Shown here piece after piece: positions 11,501 through 22,010 of a DNA stretch of 64,000 bases. This stretch comes from Staphylococcus phage vB_SscM-1. Where the stretch lies: sequence record NC_047767.1; one strand, written 5' to 3'. The stretch's first letter is position 1; each line of letters begins with the position of its first letter. Below the pieces are notes generated by a model. It searched no databases. It saw only the letters and a program-made list of their open reading frames with translations, and had not been told where the DNA came from. The translations under genes were made by a program, and so were the position numbers.

Positions 11501-12853
11501 ATGGCTCTTGACAACTTTAATGAATTAACTAAAAATAATAATGTTAAAGACATGACAGATGCAATTAATAGTATAGGTTTGGAACTATCTAAACCTAGAA
11601 ATGTATTTGAATTAGTATCTGATTTACAAGTACAAGTTAAAAATACACAACTAAAAGCTATTACTACAGATAAGGGATTAAGTAAAGTACCTACAGGAAC
11701 AAGAATTTTAGATGTAAAAGAGGTAGGTGTTTACTACTATAGTGCTAGTACTTTAGCTACAAAGACAGATAAACCAGAGATGAACTCTCAAGATACTGTA
11801 CTAGTTGTTACACCAACAAATGATGCATCTGTAGTAGTACAGACTATATACCCTTTAACTGTAAGTGGTAATGCTATTCAACAAGCCTATAGGGTTGTTA
11901 TAGGTAATACAGCAGGAGATTGGGTTTATCTTAAAGGTTTAGTAGGAGGAAACACAAATTCTATAAGTGGAGTAAACCTAGATACTTTCTCTACCCCTGG
12001 AGAATATTTTATTTCCGGCTCAACAGGACTACCAGAAGGAGAGACAGAAGGACTACTAAAAGTATACAGAGGTACTAATAATAAAATTGTACAAGAATTC
12101 ATATCTAGCTTAACAAAAAGTAAATATTTCAAAATAACAAGCATTTCAACAGGATGGATAAAAGAATTAGAACCTAAAACTTTAAGTAAATACACATTAG
12201 GTGGAATTAACGATGAAGGTCAAGGAACTTTTGGTTTACTAATATATATAAGTGATAACAAAACATTTCAACAAGCTATAACAGACCATATAGCAAAAAC
12301 AGGACAACCTACATTTACATTTTATGTACAAGGTGGTGTTACAGGAAACCCACTAGGGGGTTTAAGTGGTAGAGGTATATTTGTATGTGAGTCTACTAGT
12401 GAAAGTGCACTAAGTAATAACTTATATGGTGTGTACCATGTAATATCTACACTAGGTACATTAATTACCGGTTCTGTTATTGGTGGAGACTGGCGTATAC
12501 CTAAGGGTTCAGATTCTACAACTACTTTATGGACTGGTGTTAAAGAGTTCACAAGTAAAACAACGGAAACTATGAACTATAGCTCTAATGACTTTGATTA
12601 CTTTAAGGTATATGTTACTATAGGAGGAACTAATAGTAACTCTATCTATAGACAAGGGTTTGAATTTGGTAAGCATAGTGCTAACAAATATAAGGTATCA
12701 AGTGTAAATGTACCTTCAAGTGGAACTACGTTAGAGTACTTTATGTGTTCAATATCATTTAATGGTAATAAATTTACAATTGATGAATATAATACTAAAA
12801 CTAATGGTAAGTGTTACGTAACGGAGATAGTAGGTATAAAGAGACCTATTTAA
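11501..12853 (+). CDS. Second receptor-binding/tail-fibre protein, 450 aa.
   Basis: Coupled to the upstream gene. It is the last gene before the terminator that closes the structural operon. Confidence 0.45.
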   Translation: MALDNFNELTKNNNVKDMTDAINSIGLELSKPRNVFELVSDLQVQVKNTQLKAITTDKGLSKVPTGTRILDVKEVGVYYYSASTLATKTDKPEMNSQDTVLVVTPTNDASVVVQTIYPLTVSGNAIQQAYRVVIGNTAGDWVYLKGLVGGNTNSISGVNLDTFSTPGEYFISGSTGLPEGETEGLLKVYRGTNNKIVQEFISSLTKSKYFKITSISTGWIKELEPKTLSKYTLGGINDEGQGTFGLLIYISDNKTFQQAITDHIAKTGQPTFTFYVQGGVTGNPLGGLSGRGIFVCESTSESALSNNLYGVYHVISTLGTLITGSVIGGDWRIPKGSDSTTTLWTGVKEFTSKTTETMNYSSNDFDYFKVYVTIGGTNSNSIYRQGFEFGKHSANKYKVSSVNVPSSGTTLEYFMCSISFNGNKFTIDEYNTKTNGKCYVTEIVGIKRPI

Positions 12854-12860
12854 TTATTAA

Positions 12861-12888
12861 AGACTAGATTAATTTCTAGTCTTTTTTA
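12861..12888 (+). terminator. Rho-independent terminator (AGACTAGA-TTAATT-TCTAGTCT then a T-run).
   Basis: A perfect 8-bp stem, a 6-nt loop and TTTTTT. The same element recurs at 39869-39896. Confidence 0.75.
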
Positions 12889-12889
12889 T

Positions 12890-12918
12890 TTGACTTAAAA
12901 GGGTAAGTGTGGTATAAT
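12890..12918 (+). promoter_or_regulatory. Sigma-A promoter TTGACT, 17 bp, TGgTATAAT (extended -10) driving the helicase operon.
   Basis: -35 at 12890-12895 and -10 at 12913-12918. The T-run of the terminator runs straight into the -35. Confidence 0.65.
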
Positions 12919-12951
12919 ATAAAGAGTGTAAGAAGGGATAAGGAGAATTAC

Positions 12952-14706
12952 ATGAAATTAATAGTAAAAAACTTATACACGTACGTAAATTTTGAAGAAG
13001 GTGATTATTATTTAAAGGATGTATTCTTAAAACGAGTACATAAGACAATAGGAGCAAGGCAAGATGGCTTTCAGTTTAGTCCTGCGTATAAAAGAGGTAG
13101 TTGGGACGGTTATGTAGACTTTTATGATTATGAGGAAAACAAATTTCCTACAGGACTATTACCAAAAGTAACTAACCTTTTGGGTGAACTACAAACTAGA
13201 TATTCTTTTCAGTATGATATAGAGTATCAGAGAGATGAGAGTTTCTTAGCTGAGGAAGATATAGATGAAGAGATAACTTTGTTAGACAATAATGTAGGTG
13301 AGATAACTTTAAGAGGTTATCAGTATGAAGCTGTGTATAATAGTCTAACATACTATAATGGTATAGTCCACGTAGCCACAAATGGAGGAAAAACTGAAAT
13401 GGCTAGTGGTATAATAGACCAACTTCTTCCACAATTAAGAAAAGGAGAACGTATAGCATTCTTCACAGGTTCGTCAGAAATATTTCATCAGTCAGCAGAT
13501 AGACTTAAAGAAAGACTAAACATACCTATAGGTAAAGTAGGAGCAGGACAATTTGATGTTAAACAAGTAACAGTTGTTATGGTTCCTACAATGAATGCTA
13601 GTTTAAAAGACCCTGCACAGGGTGTTAAGGTCACACCTAAGCAGAACATTAGTAAAAAGATAGCAACAGAAATATTACCTAAGTTTGAAGGAGGAGGAAG
13701 TAATCAAAAGAAATTACTTTCAATGTTAATAAAAGGATTTCAACCTAAAACTAAGGTAGACCAAAACGTTAAAGATACACTTATAAAAGTATATGAACAG
13801 AGTAATAGTGACTCAGAAGTGCTAATGAATTTAAGAGCCTTTAATGCAGACTACCAAAGTATTATAAGAGAGAAGAATACAAGTAAGTATGATAAGTATA
13901 AGAGAATGAGAGAATTTTTAGATTCTGTAACAGTGATGATAGTTGATGAAGCCCACCATTCTAAATCAGATACGTGGTATTTAAATCTTATGACTTGTGA
14001 GAACGCATTATACAGAGTAGCATTAACAGGTTCTATTGATAAGAAAGATGAAATGCTTTGGATGAGATTACAAGCCTTGTTTGGTGATGTAATAGTTAGG
14101 ACAACTAACTCTTACCTTATAGACCAAGGACATTCTGCCAGACCTACTATAAATATGATACCTATAGCACAGCCAACAGATATAGAAGATGTTAAAGAAT
14201 ATAGGGAAGCATATGATAAAGGTATAACAAATAATAGTTTTAGAAATAAAGTTATTGCAAAACTAGCAGAAAGATGGTATAATAATGACAAGGGTGTTTT
14301 AATCATTGTAAACTTTATCCAACATGGTGAAAATATTTCTGAACTGCTAGATGATTTAGGTGTAGAGCATTACTTTTTACACGGAGAGATAGACTCTAAC
14401 ACAAGGAAAGAAAAGCTTAACGACATGAGAAGTGGTAAGCTTAAAGTTATGATTGCAACATCACTTATTGATGAAGGTGTAGATATCTCTGGTATTAATG
14501 CACTTATACTAGGAGCAAGTGGTAAATCACTAAGACAAACACTTCAACGTATTGGTCGTGCTTTACGTAAGAAGAAAGATGATAATACAACACAGATATT
14601 CGATTTTAATGATATGACACATAGGTTCTTATTAGGTCATGCAGGAGAAAGATTAAAGATATATGATGAAGAGGAATTTGAAGTAAAATATGTAGGGAAA
14701 AAATAA
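12952..14706 (+). CDS. SF2 DEAH-box DNA helicase.
   Basis: Motif I is ATNGGKTEMA, motif II is MIVDEAHHS, motif III is ALTGS and motif VI is QTLQRIGRALR. AAGGAGAA RBS before the ATG at 12952. Confidence 0.85.
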   Translation: MKLIVKNLYTYVNFEEGDYYLKDVFLKRVHKTIGARQDGFQFSPAYKRGSWDGYVDFYDYEENKFPTGLLPKVTNLLGELQTRYSFQYDIEYQRDESFLAEEDIDEEITLLDNNVGEITLRGYQYEAVYNSLTYYNGIVHVATNGGKTEMASGIIDQLLPQLRKGERIAFFTGSSEIFHQSADRLKERLNIPIGKVGAGQFDVKQVTVVMVPTMNASLKDPAQGVKVTPKQNISKKIATEILPKFEGGGSNQKKLLSMLIKGFQPKTKVDQNVKDTLIKVYEQSNSDSEVLMNLRAFNADYQSIIREKNTSKYDKYKRMREFLDSVTVMIVDEAHHSKSDTWYLNLMTCENALYRVALTGSIDKKDEMLWMRLQALFGDVIVRTTNSYLIDQGHSARPTINMIPIAQPTDIEDVKEYREAYDKGITNNSFRNKVIAKLAERWYNNDKGVLIIVNFIQHGENISELLDDLGVEHYFLHGEIDSNTRKEKLNDMRSGKLKVMIATSLIDEGVDISGINALILGASGKSLRQTLQRIGRALRKKKDDNTTQIFDFNDMTHRFLLGHAGERLKIYDEEEFEVKYVGKK

Positions 14707-14722
14707 GAAAGGAGCTTATAAA

Positions 14723-16345
14723 ATGGGAAGTGTTAAACTTAAAAGAAAACTACTTGACTATATTAAAGACAACGCAAAGGATAACTTATTTACAGTAGGT
14801 ACGAAAAAAGAAATAGCAGAGTGCTTAGATTCAACTGTACCGACAATAAATAAACATCTTAAAACATTAGAAGAAGAGAAAGAAGTGGTAGTAGTTTCTA
14901 AACCAGGAAGAAATGGTGGGGTTATTATTACAGTACTGGATAATATCCATAACTCAGAAGAGTTTAAAGAATTCAAAAACTCTAGTGATGACATCATTAC
15001 TTCTACTAAAAAATATGCAGAAGACTTAAGAGATAAACACTTCCCTACTTATAAGTATCAAAGAAAAGAAGTAAGAAGAAGAACTAAAAAAGAGATGATA
15101 GAATACAATGCTATAAAAGATGAGAAGAGAAAAATAGTTCTTGACATGAACTTAGCATTAAGTACATCTCCTTACCCTACAAGAGAAATCTTCAATATGT
15201 CTTATGACCCAGAAGGATTTTTCAAAGCTTATATACTATGTAAGTTATATGACCAATACTGTATATCTCACATGTATGCTAAGTATACGACACATAAGCA
15301 ACTAGCTAATGACTACACGTTAAAACCAGAGGAAATGACAAGACATAGTGAACTATCAAAATATTACTACCAACAATTTGTAATGTTGCTTCCTAGGAAT
15401 AGTGCTAGTGAAGAATTTTTTGGTAGTAGGAACTTCAATACTTTCTATAACTTCTACATAAAAGTAAAAGATAGAAAGGATTTTAACATTTTTAAATACA
15501 TACAAAACGTATTTAAGAATGTTAGCTTCTCTTATGAGAATGGTTATTATAAAAACCCTATACCTGCACCTAACTATTTTAGTTCTGATAAATATATACA
15601 GTCTTATGAAAATTATATACAAGGAATTAAAAAAGGTGTTAACAAAACAAACAGACACTTAGGAGCTGTAGAAGGGCTTATAAGTTCTAAAGATTACACA
15701 AACAATCCCGCATTATCTCAGCTACAACAAATGTATAGTGTAGGATTAAATAATGAAGTACATGATATAGAAGAGATGTTTAAACATGCATTAGACTTAG
15801 AAGAAGTAGAATTCGGATATATTAGAGATGTTAAGCATTTGACATTACTAAACTTTAGTAATAAAGTAGATAAAGCTATACAGGAATTTGAAGAGCAGGA
15901 TAAGGAGATTATGAATAAGTTTGTTAAACAGCTTATTATTAATGAGTATGCTCCAACATCTTTCCCTAAAACAGCTCATGTGTCTATGTTCCCAATGCAA
16001 AGACATCATATGGTATCAGAACTTAGATACCAAAATAAATCTATAAAAGATAATGCTTTAAACATAGGCTTGGTATCTACTAACCCTGATACTGAATTAT
16101 TAGACAACCAAGACTTAGTAAACCTAACACAGGTTGCATATGATTATATAACAATGAGTAAATACAATTCTAATTATTATGTTATTAGGATGTTTGCAGA
16201 CTTTATGGGATATGAAGTAAACTTAAAAGATGTTAAGAGAATTATTGAAAAATATTCTGTAAAAGACTTGATTCCATTAACAAAGTATGGTATGCTAGAC
16301 TATGAAGAAATTAAGAGAGAGAATGAGGGAGCTAAACATGAGTAA
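14723..16345 (+). CDS. Rep-like / replication-associated protein with an N-terminal HTH, 540 aa.
   Basis: HTH-like segment TKKEIAECLDSTVPTINKHLKTLEE. Lies between two helicase genes. Confidence 0.4.
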   Translation: MGSVKLKRKLLDYIKDNAKDNLFTVGTKKEIAECLDSTVPTINKHLKTLEEEKEVVVVSKPGRNGGVIITVLDNIHNSEEFKEFKNSSDDIITSTKKYAEDLRDKHFPTYKYQRKEVRRRTKKEMIEYNAIKDEKRKIVLDMNLALSTSPYPTREIFNMSYDPEGFFKAYILCKLYDQYCISHMYAKYTTHKQLANDYTLKPEEMTRHSELSKYYYQQFVMLLPRNSASEEFFGSRNFNTFYNFYIKVKDRKDFNIFKYIQNVFKNVSFSYENGYYKNPIPAPNYFSSDKYIQSYENYIQGIKKGVNKTNRHLGAVEGLISSKDYTNNPALSQLQQMYSVGLNNEVHDIEEMFKHALDLEEVEFGYIRDVKHLTLLNFSNKVDKAIQEFEEQDKEIMNKFVKQLIINEYAPTSFPKTAHVSMFPMQRHHMVSELRYQNKSIKDNALNIGLVSTNPDTELLDNQDLVNLTQVAYDYITMSKYNSNYYVIRMFADFMGYEVNLKDVKRIIEKYSVKDLIPLTKYGMLDYEEIKRENEGAKHE

Positions 16346-17777
16346 AAAAATAAAAGAGGTTATTTTACACAAATCTATGAAAGACCTTAACTTTGCTAAG
16401 GATGTATTAACTAATTTACCTGGTAAACTATTTGAAGAGAGTATAGATATGAAGTCTATATTTACTGTTTTAAAGAGAACAGCTCATACATCAAGCAGTA
16501 TATCAGGAGAATCTTTAGCAGTTAAACTAGAGGACTTAATGGGTCGTAACAAGCATTCAGAGGATGAAATAACGAACGCTTTAGCATATATGGATAAATT
16601 GTACACTGTACAAATAGATGACCGTGATGAGTCTCTAAACAGTGAAATAGAGAAGTATGTAAAGACAGAAATGTCTAAAGATATCTTAACAAAGTTTATC
16701 ATAGAAAATAAACAAGAAGACTCTGAGAACTTAACAGAGCTTGTAACAAAGTTAAAAGAAATTGAAGTAAAAGATATTTCAGGTACATCCGGAGAATTCA
16801 TTGATTTCTTTGAAGATGGTCATAAGAAATTAGAAGCCTTAAAACATATTGCATCTAACAAGTTCTCTACAGGCTTCGATGCTATAGATAGACAAATTGA
16901 AGGCGGTATTGCTAGAGGAGAAGTTGGGCTAGTTATTGCACCTACCGGAAGAGGTAAGTCTTTAATGGCTTCTAACTTAGCAAAGAACTACGTAAGAAGT
17001 GGACTTAATGTTTTATACATTGGTTTAGAGGAAAAAATGGATAGAATGGTTCTTAGAGCAGAGCAACAAATGTTAGGTGTAGACAAGAGTATGTTAATGA
17101 ATGAAGACATGACTCTTAATGAAGAAGTATTTAATGCCTTACAAAGTAAGTATGAACAGAATAGAGAGGTATTAGGAAACTTTTATATCTCTAAACATAT
17201 GCCACAACAAGTATCTCCTAACCAGTTAGAGCAGATAATTCTTAATACTTCTATTAAAAAAGATAAACATATAGATGTAGTAATTGTTGACTACCCTAAA
17301 TTAATGAGAAACCCTTATGAAAAATACAGTTCTGAATCAGAAGCTGGAGGTAGACTATTCGAGGATATCCGAAGATTAGCTCAGCAATATGGGTTTGTAT
17401 GTTGGACTCTAGCACAAACAAACCGTGGAGCTTACAGTTCAGATGTTATTACAAGTGAGCACGTTGAGGGTTCAAGAAAAATACTTAACGCAGTTGAGGT
17501 TTCTCTTGTAGTTAACCAAAAAGATGAAGAGTTTAAAAATGGTTTCTTAAGACTTTATTTAGATAAAGTACGTAACAGTTCTAACACAGGAGAAAGATTT
17601 GTAAACCTTAAAGTAGAACCTTCTAAGATGAGAGTTAGAGACGAGACACCAGAAGAAGAACAAGAACATAAACAGATACTTTCTGATAATGGTTCAGAAG
17701 ATACAAGTAGATTTACAAAGAAGGAACAAAAGATTGAAGCAGTCAATAGTTCTTTCGGAGGAGAATTAATAGAATAA
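16338..17777 (+). CDS. DnaB-like (RecA-fold) replicative helicase.
   Basis: Walker A is GLVIAPTGRGKSLMASNLA and Walker B is DVVIVDYPKLM. GAGGGAG RBS before the ATG at 16338. Overlaps the upstream gene by 8 nt. Confidence 0.75.
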   Translation: MSKKIKEVILHKSMKDLNFAKDVLTNLPGKLFEESIDMKSIFTVLKRTAHTSSSISGESLAVKLEDLMGRNKHSEDEITNALAYMDKLYTVQIDDRDESLNSEIEKYVKTEMSKDILTKFIIENKQEDSENLTELVTKLKEIEVKDISGTSGEFIDFFEDGHKKLEALKHIASNKFSTGFDAIDRQIEGGIARGEVGLVIAPTGRGKSLMASNLAKNYVRSGLNVLYIGLEEKMDRMVLRAEQQMLGVDKSMLMNEDMTLNEEVFNALQSKYEQNREVLGNFYISKHMPQQVSPNQLEQIILNTSIKKDKHIDVVIVDYPKLMRNPYEKYSSESEAGGRLFEDIRRLAQQYGFVCWTLAQTNRGAYSSDVITSEHVEGSRKILNAVEVSLVVNQKDEEFKNGFLRLYLDKVRNSSNTGERFVNLKVEPSKMRVRDETPEEEQEHKQILSDNGSEDTSRFTKKEQKIEAVNSSFGGELIE

Positions 17778-17792
17778 ATTTAAACATACCAC

Positions 17793-17821
17793 TTGACATT
17801 TTATATGTTAGGTGGTATAAT
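17793..17821 (+). promoter_or_regulatory. Sigma-A promoter TTGACA, 17 bp, TGgTATAAT.
   Basis: -35 at 17793-17798 and -10 at 17816-17821, upstream of the recombination-nuclease operon. Confidence 0.6.
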
Positions 17822-17851
17822 TGTTTTATAAACAATAAAGGAGAGGTTATT

Positions 17852-18034
17852 ATGGAAATAGAATTTGATTATGAGGAGTTAGTCATTAACTATATCAATG
17901 AAAAAGGAGAAGTAGTTGATTGTGTAGAGTACTATGAAACTTTCGAGGACTTACCAGATATACTAACTAGATTAGCAAAAGATGCTAGTGAAGGCAAAAA
18001 ACTAAAAATTACAGTAAAGGGAGGAAGAAAATAA
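17852..18034 (+). CDS. Hypothetical protein, 60 aa.
   Basis: AAGGAGAGG RBS. Translationally coupled (ATGA overlap) to the next gene. Confidence 0.45.
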   Translation: MEIEFDYEELVINYINEKGEVVDCVEYYETFEDLPDILTRLAKDASEGKKLKITVKGGRK

Positions 18035-19053
18035 TGAAATTTTTATTCTTTACAGACAGTCATTTTCATTTATTTACAAATTATGCAAAACCAGATGAGC
18101 AGTATGAAAATGATAGATTTAGAGAACAGATAGAAGCATTACAAAAAGTGTTTGACATTGCTAAAGAAGAAAAAGCAACAGTTATATTTGGAGGGGATTT
18201 ATTCCATAAACGTAACGCAGTAAACACTAAAGTATATAATTCAGTATTTAGTACTTTTGCTAAAAACCAAGATGTACAAGTATTACTACTTAGAGGTAAT
18301 CATGATGCAACAACAAATTCATTATATACCGATTCTAGTATTGATACTTTTGATTATTTACCTAATGTTGATGTAATCAAATCACTCAGCACTGTAACTA
18401 AAGATAATGTTAATATTGTATTCACTGCTTATGGAGATGAAACAAAGGAAATAAAAAGTTATATCAAGAACAGTTATGACAAAGATATGGTGAATATTCT
18501 AGTAAGTCATCTAGGTGTAGAGGGTTCATTAGTAGGTAAAGGTTCACATAGGTTGGAGGGTGCTTTTGGATACCAAGACTTACAACCAGATTTATATGAT
18601 TTCATTCTATTAGGTCACTATCACCGTAGACAATATTTCAGTAACCCTAATCATTTATATGGAGGGTCTTTAATGCAACAATCATTTTCTGATGAACAAG
18701 AGGCTAATGGTGTACATTTAATTGATACAGGAAAAATGACTACAGAATTTATTCCTATTGAAACAAGAAAGTTTATTACAGTACAAGGAGATAATATTCC
18801 TGAGAATATAGATGAGTTAGTAGAGCAAGGACATTTCATTAGATTTATAGGTACACCAGAACAAGCTAAGGCATTAGAATTAGATGAAGTAGAGTCAAAT
18901 GTACAAGTACAAATGAAAAAGAAATATACAGTAGAGAAACGTATAGACTCGGAGGTCACAGATGACCCTGTAACGATTGCTTCTAGCTACGCTGATAAAT
19001 ACTACCCAGAAGCTAAAGATAAGATTGTAGAGTGTCTTAAGGAGGTTTTATAA
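18034..19053 (+). CDS. sbcD: SbcD/Mre11-like recombination exonuclease (calcineurin-like metallophosphoesterase).
   Basis: Motifs FFTDSHFH, GGDLFH, GNHD and LLGHYH. Confidence 0.8.
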   Translation: MKFLFFTDSHFHLFTNYAKPDEQYENDRFREQIEALQKVFDIAKEEKATVIFGGDLFHKRNAVNTKVYNSVFSTFAKNQDVQVLLLRGNHDATTNSLYTDSSIDTFDYLPNVDVIKSLSTVTKDNVNIVFTAYGDETKEIKSYIKNSYDKDMVNILVSHLGVEGSLVGKGSHRLEGAFGYQDLQPDLYDFILLGHYHRRQYFSNPNHLYGGSLMQQSFSDEQEANGVHLIDTGKMTTEFIPIETRKFITVQGDNIPENIDELVEQGHFIRFIGTPEQAKALELDEVESNVQVQMKKKYTVEKRIDSEVTDDPVTIASSYADKYYPEAKDKIVECLKEVL

Positions 19054-19421
19054 TGACTTGGTATGATAAATTTAAAGACAATGTAGATACAAGTAAATTA
19101 GATGTAGATAGATTAACCGAAGATTTAGTTAAGTATGTTGAGAACACAAGACCTAAAATAAGAAAATTAGACATTTCAAATGTAGAAGATACTAACCTAG
19201 ACAAACGTAAACCTTTACTACAATTTGTAGATTATGATAATGTAGTAGAGAACATATGTAATGTAAAAGATATTAATGAAGGGCTAGAAAAGATAAGTCA
19301 GATACTAAAAGATAGTAACTATGAGAGTCATTATTTTAGAACATATGAAATAGAGGGCATGTGGCATATAGATTATGGTTCACATACTACACAATTTAGA
19401 GTTACGAAAGGGGATAACTAA
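19053..19421 (+). CDS. Hypothetical protein, 122 aa.
   Basis: Translationally coupled between the sbcD-like and sbcC-like genes. Confidence 0.4.
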   Translation: MTWYDKFKDNVDTSKLDVDRLTEDLVKYVENTRPKIRKLDISNVEDTNLDKRKPLLQFVDYDNVVENICNVKDINEGLEKISQILKDSNYESHYFRTYEIEGMWHIDYGSHTTQFRVTKGDN

Positions 19422-21355
19422 TGGTTGTATTTAAAAGAGTAGAAATGAATAACTTTATGGCAGTAAAAGAAGCAACTTTAGACTTAGACAATAGAGGGTT
19501 AGTACTTATAGAAGGGAAAAATAAATCCAACGATTCATTTACTTCCAATGGGGCATCTAAGACAACTCTTATTACATCTATTACTTATGCTTTATATGGT
19601 AAGACAGAGAAGGGTTTAAAAGCAGATGAAGTTGTTAATAGAATTGAGAAAAAGAATACGTATGTTAAACTAACATTCTTTGTTGGTGACGATGAGTATA
19701 GAATTGAGAGATATAGGAAAGATAAAACACATAAAAATAAGGTATTGTTATTCTGTAATGATAAGGAGATAACAGGCTCTACTAATGATGTAACAGATAA
19801 AGCTATACAAGACCTGTTCGGTATTGAGTTTAACACCTATGTCAACGCTATTATGTACGGACAAGGAGATATTCCTATGTTCAGTCAAGCAACAGATAAG
19901 GGTAAAAAAGAAATACTTGAATCTATTACTAATGTAGAAGTATATAAAAAAGCACAAGATGTTGCTAAAGAAAAAATAAAAGAAATAGAACAAGAGCAAC
20001 AATCTAAAGAGTCAGATATTAATCAACTTAAATTTAAGGTTAGTATGTTAGAAGAGCAATATGACAAAGACTTAGACTATTACAAAAGTGTGATGGAACA
20101 AAAGAAACAAGAAGAGGAGTCTATCGAACAAGCTAAAAAAGAAGCTGAGAAACAAAGAGAAGAGATAAGCAAACAGATTGAAGAAGTTAAAAATAATATT
20201 CCTCAAGTAGAGGAAACAGAGTTTGAATTCTCAGATAGTTATTACAAAGCTCAAGAAGCAATTAATAAACTAGAAACTCATAAGAAAGATAAGTTATTAC
20301 CTGCAGAACAAGAAGTTACTACTACTTTTAATATCATAAAATATGATATTACAGAGTTAAATAAAAAACATTCTCAACTAGATACTAGTGACCATTGCCC
20401 TGTATGTGGTTCTCCTATTAATAATTCACATAAGGTAAAAGAGCAAGAGAATATTCAGGAGCAACTAGAAGTTAAGAAAAAACAACTAGAGCAATACCAA
20501 GAAGCTCTTAACAAAATAGAAGATAAAAAATTAGAATTAGAATCAAAGAAAGAAAAGATACAAAACATTATGCAAGTTGAGGAAGAAGACAAGAATAAAC
20601 ACCAACAAGAAATTCAAGAACAATATAGAAAACAACAAAGCTATTATGCTAAAATTAGTGAATTAGAAAATAAAAAGAATAGTATCACAGACCCTGTATT
20701 AAATGATTATTCATATATTAAGAAACCTGATAAAGAAGAACATAAAAAAGGGGTAACATTTATTAACTTAACTATTGACAAACTGAGTGAAGATGTGTTA
20801 CAATTAGAGAGTAATAAAGTACAGTACCAACAAGCAGTAGAAGCTTTCGGTAATAAAGGTATACGCTCAGTAGTACTAGACTTTATAACACCTTTCTTAA
20901 ATGAGAAAGCTAATGAATACCTACAAGTATTATCAGGCTCTGATATAAGTGTAGAATTCCAAACACAAGTAGAGAACACGAAAGGGGAACTTAAGGATAA
21001 GTTCGATGTAATAGTTACAAATTCAAATGGAGGAACAAGCTATAAGTCTAACTCAGCAGGAGAACAAAAGCGTATAGACTTAGCAATCAGTTTTGCTATA
21101 CAAGACCTTATTATGAGTAAGGATGACATATCAACAAACATTGCCTTATACGATGAATGTTTTGATGGACTAGACACGGTAGGTTGTGAAAATGTAATCA
21201 AGTTATTAAAAGATAGATTAAAAACAGTAGGAACAATTTTTGTTATTACGCACTCAGAATCACTCAAACCATTATTTGAAAATGTTATTACAATGGTTAA
21301 AGAGGAAGGCGTATCAAGATTAGAAAAGGAGAATAATAATGAAGTTAAAAATTAA
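19421..21355 (+). CDS. sbcC: SbcC/Rad50-like ATPase.
   Basis: N-terminal P-loop region ending in ITYALYGK. A long K/E-rich coiled coil. Zinc-hook CPVCG. ABC signature SAGEQKRIDLAISFA. Walker B LYDECFDGLD. Confidence 0.8.
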   Translation: MVVFKRVEMNNFMAVKEATLDLDNRGLVLIEGKNKSNDSFTSNGASKTTLITSITYALYGKTEKGLKADEVVNRIEKKNTYVKLTFFVGDDEYRIERYRKDKTHKNKVLLFCNDKEITGSTNDVTDKAIQDLFGIEFNTYVNAIMYGQGDIPMFSQATDKGKKEILESITNVEVYKKAQDVAKEKIKEIEQEQQSKESDINQLKFKVSMLEEQYDKDLDYYKSVMEQKKQEEESIEQAKKEAEKQREEISKQIEEVKNNIPQVEETEFEFSDSYYKAQEAINKLETHKKDKLLPAEQEVTTTFNIIKYDITELNKKHSQLDTSDHCPVCGSPINNSHKVKEQENIQEQLEVKKKQLEQYQEALNKIEDKKLELESKKEKIQNIMQVEEEDKNKHQQEIQEQYRKQQSYYAKISELENKKNSITDPVLNDYSYIKKPDKEEHKKGVTFINLTIDKLSEDVLQLESNKVQYQQAVEAFGNKGIRSVVLDFITPFLNEKANEYLQVLSGSDISVEFQTQVENTKGELKDKFDVIVTNSNGGTSYKSNSAGEQKRIDLAISFAIQDLIMSKDDISTNIALYDECFDGLDTVGCENVIKLLKDRLKTVGTIFVITHSESLKPLFENVITMVKEEGVSRLEKENNNEVKN

Positions 21356-21998
21356 TAATAAGGATAGAGGAGACCTAGTAGTCTTCCATAAGAATAAGGA
21401 ATATAAGGAAATAAAAGTACCATTAGATAATCTAGAAGAGTGGTATCCTTTTAGCTTTGCTTATGAATATAAATTAGATAAGTTTGGTAAAGCATTGGAG
21501 CTTAAGAGACTACGCTCTACACTACCAACATCTTATGGTATAAGTGACAATTCAACACACACAGTAAGTAAGGATAGTTGTAAGTGTGATTTACTGACAT
21601 GGGTTAACCCAGCAGTTAAAAGAGAGAATATGAGAGTTATTGCAAAAGCTAAGAGTTATGGTTTACCAGTTATTAATGAACCTTACACTAAGCAAGATGT
21701 AAATAGAGGTATGAAAGAACTAGGAGTTATCTTCAACAACTTAAAAGACATTGTTGTTAAAAGATACTTAAAAGATAAGTCAGAAGAAGAGATTAAAAGA
21801 TTTAACATGAAAGCAGAAGAAAACCAATTAAGTGAAGCTTTGCAGAAAAGTGATGTAGCTGTTGATTTAACTTATAGTGAGTTAGGTCAAGTATACAGAA
21901 TGTTAACACTTATGAAAAAAATAGTAAGACACAGAGAAGCAGTAAATATGGATATGGATATCTATAAGAACTATGAAGAACTATTAAATACAATCTAA
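21339..21998 (+). CDS. Hypothetical protein, 219 aa. In Twort-like phages the gene at this position encodes an anti-sigma factor, but that cannot be shown from this sequence.
   Basis: Overlaps the end of the sbcC-like gene. No recognisable motif. Confidence 0.35.
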   Translation: MKLKINNKDRGDLVVFHKNKEYKEIKVPLDNLEEWYPFSFAYEYKLDKFGKALELKRLRSTLPTSYGISDNSTHTVSKDSCKCDLLTWVNPAVKRENMRVIAKAKSYGLPVINEPYTKQDVNRGMKELGVIFNNLKDIVVKRYLKDKSEEEIKRFNMKAEENQLSEALQKSDVAVDLTYSELGQVYRMLTLMKKIVRHREAVNMDMDIYKNYEELLNTI

Positions 21999-22010
21999 GG
22001 AGGTACAGCC

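Noticed and set aside
21339-21998. Calling this ORF an anti-sigma factor.
   Set aside because: The assignment would rest only on remembered gene order in related phages. No motif is visible in the sequence, so it is left as hypothetical.
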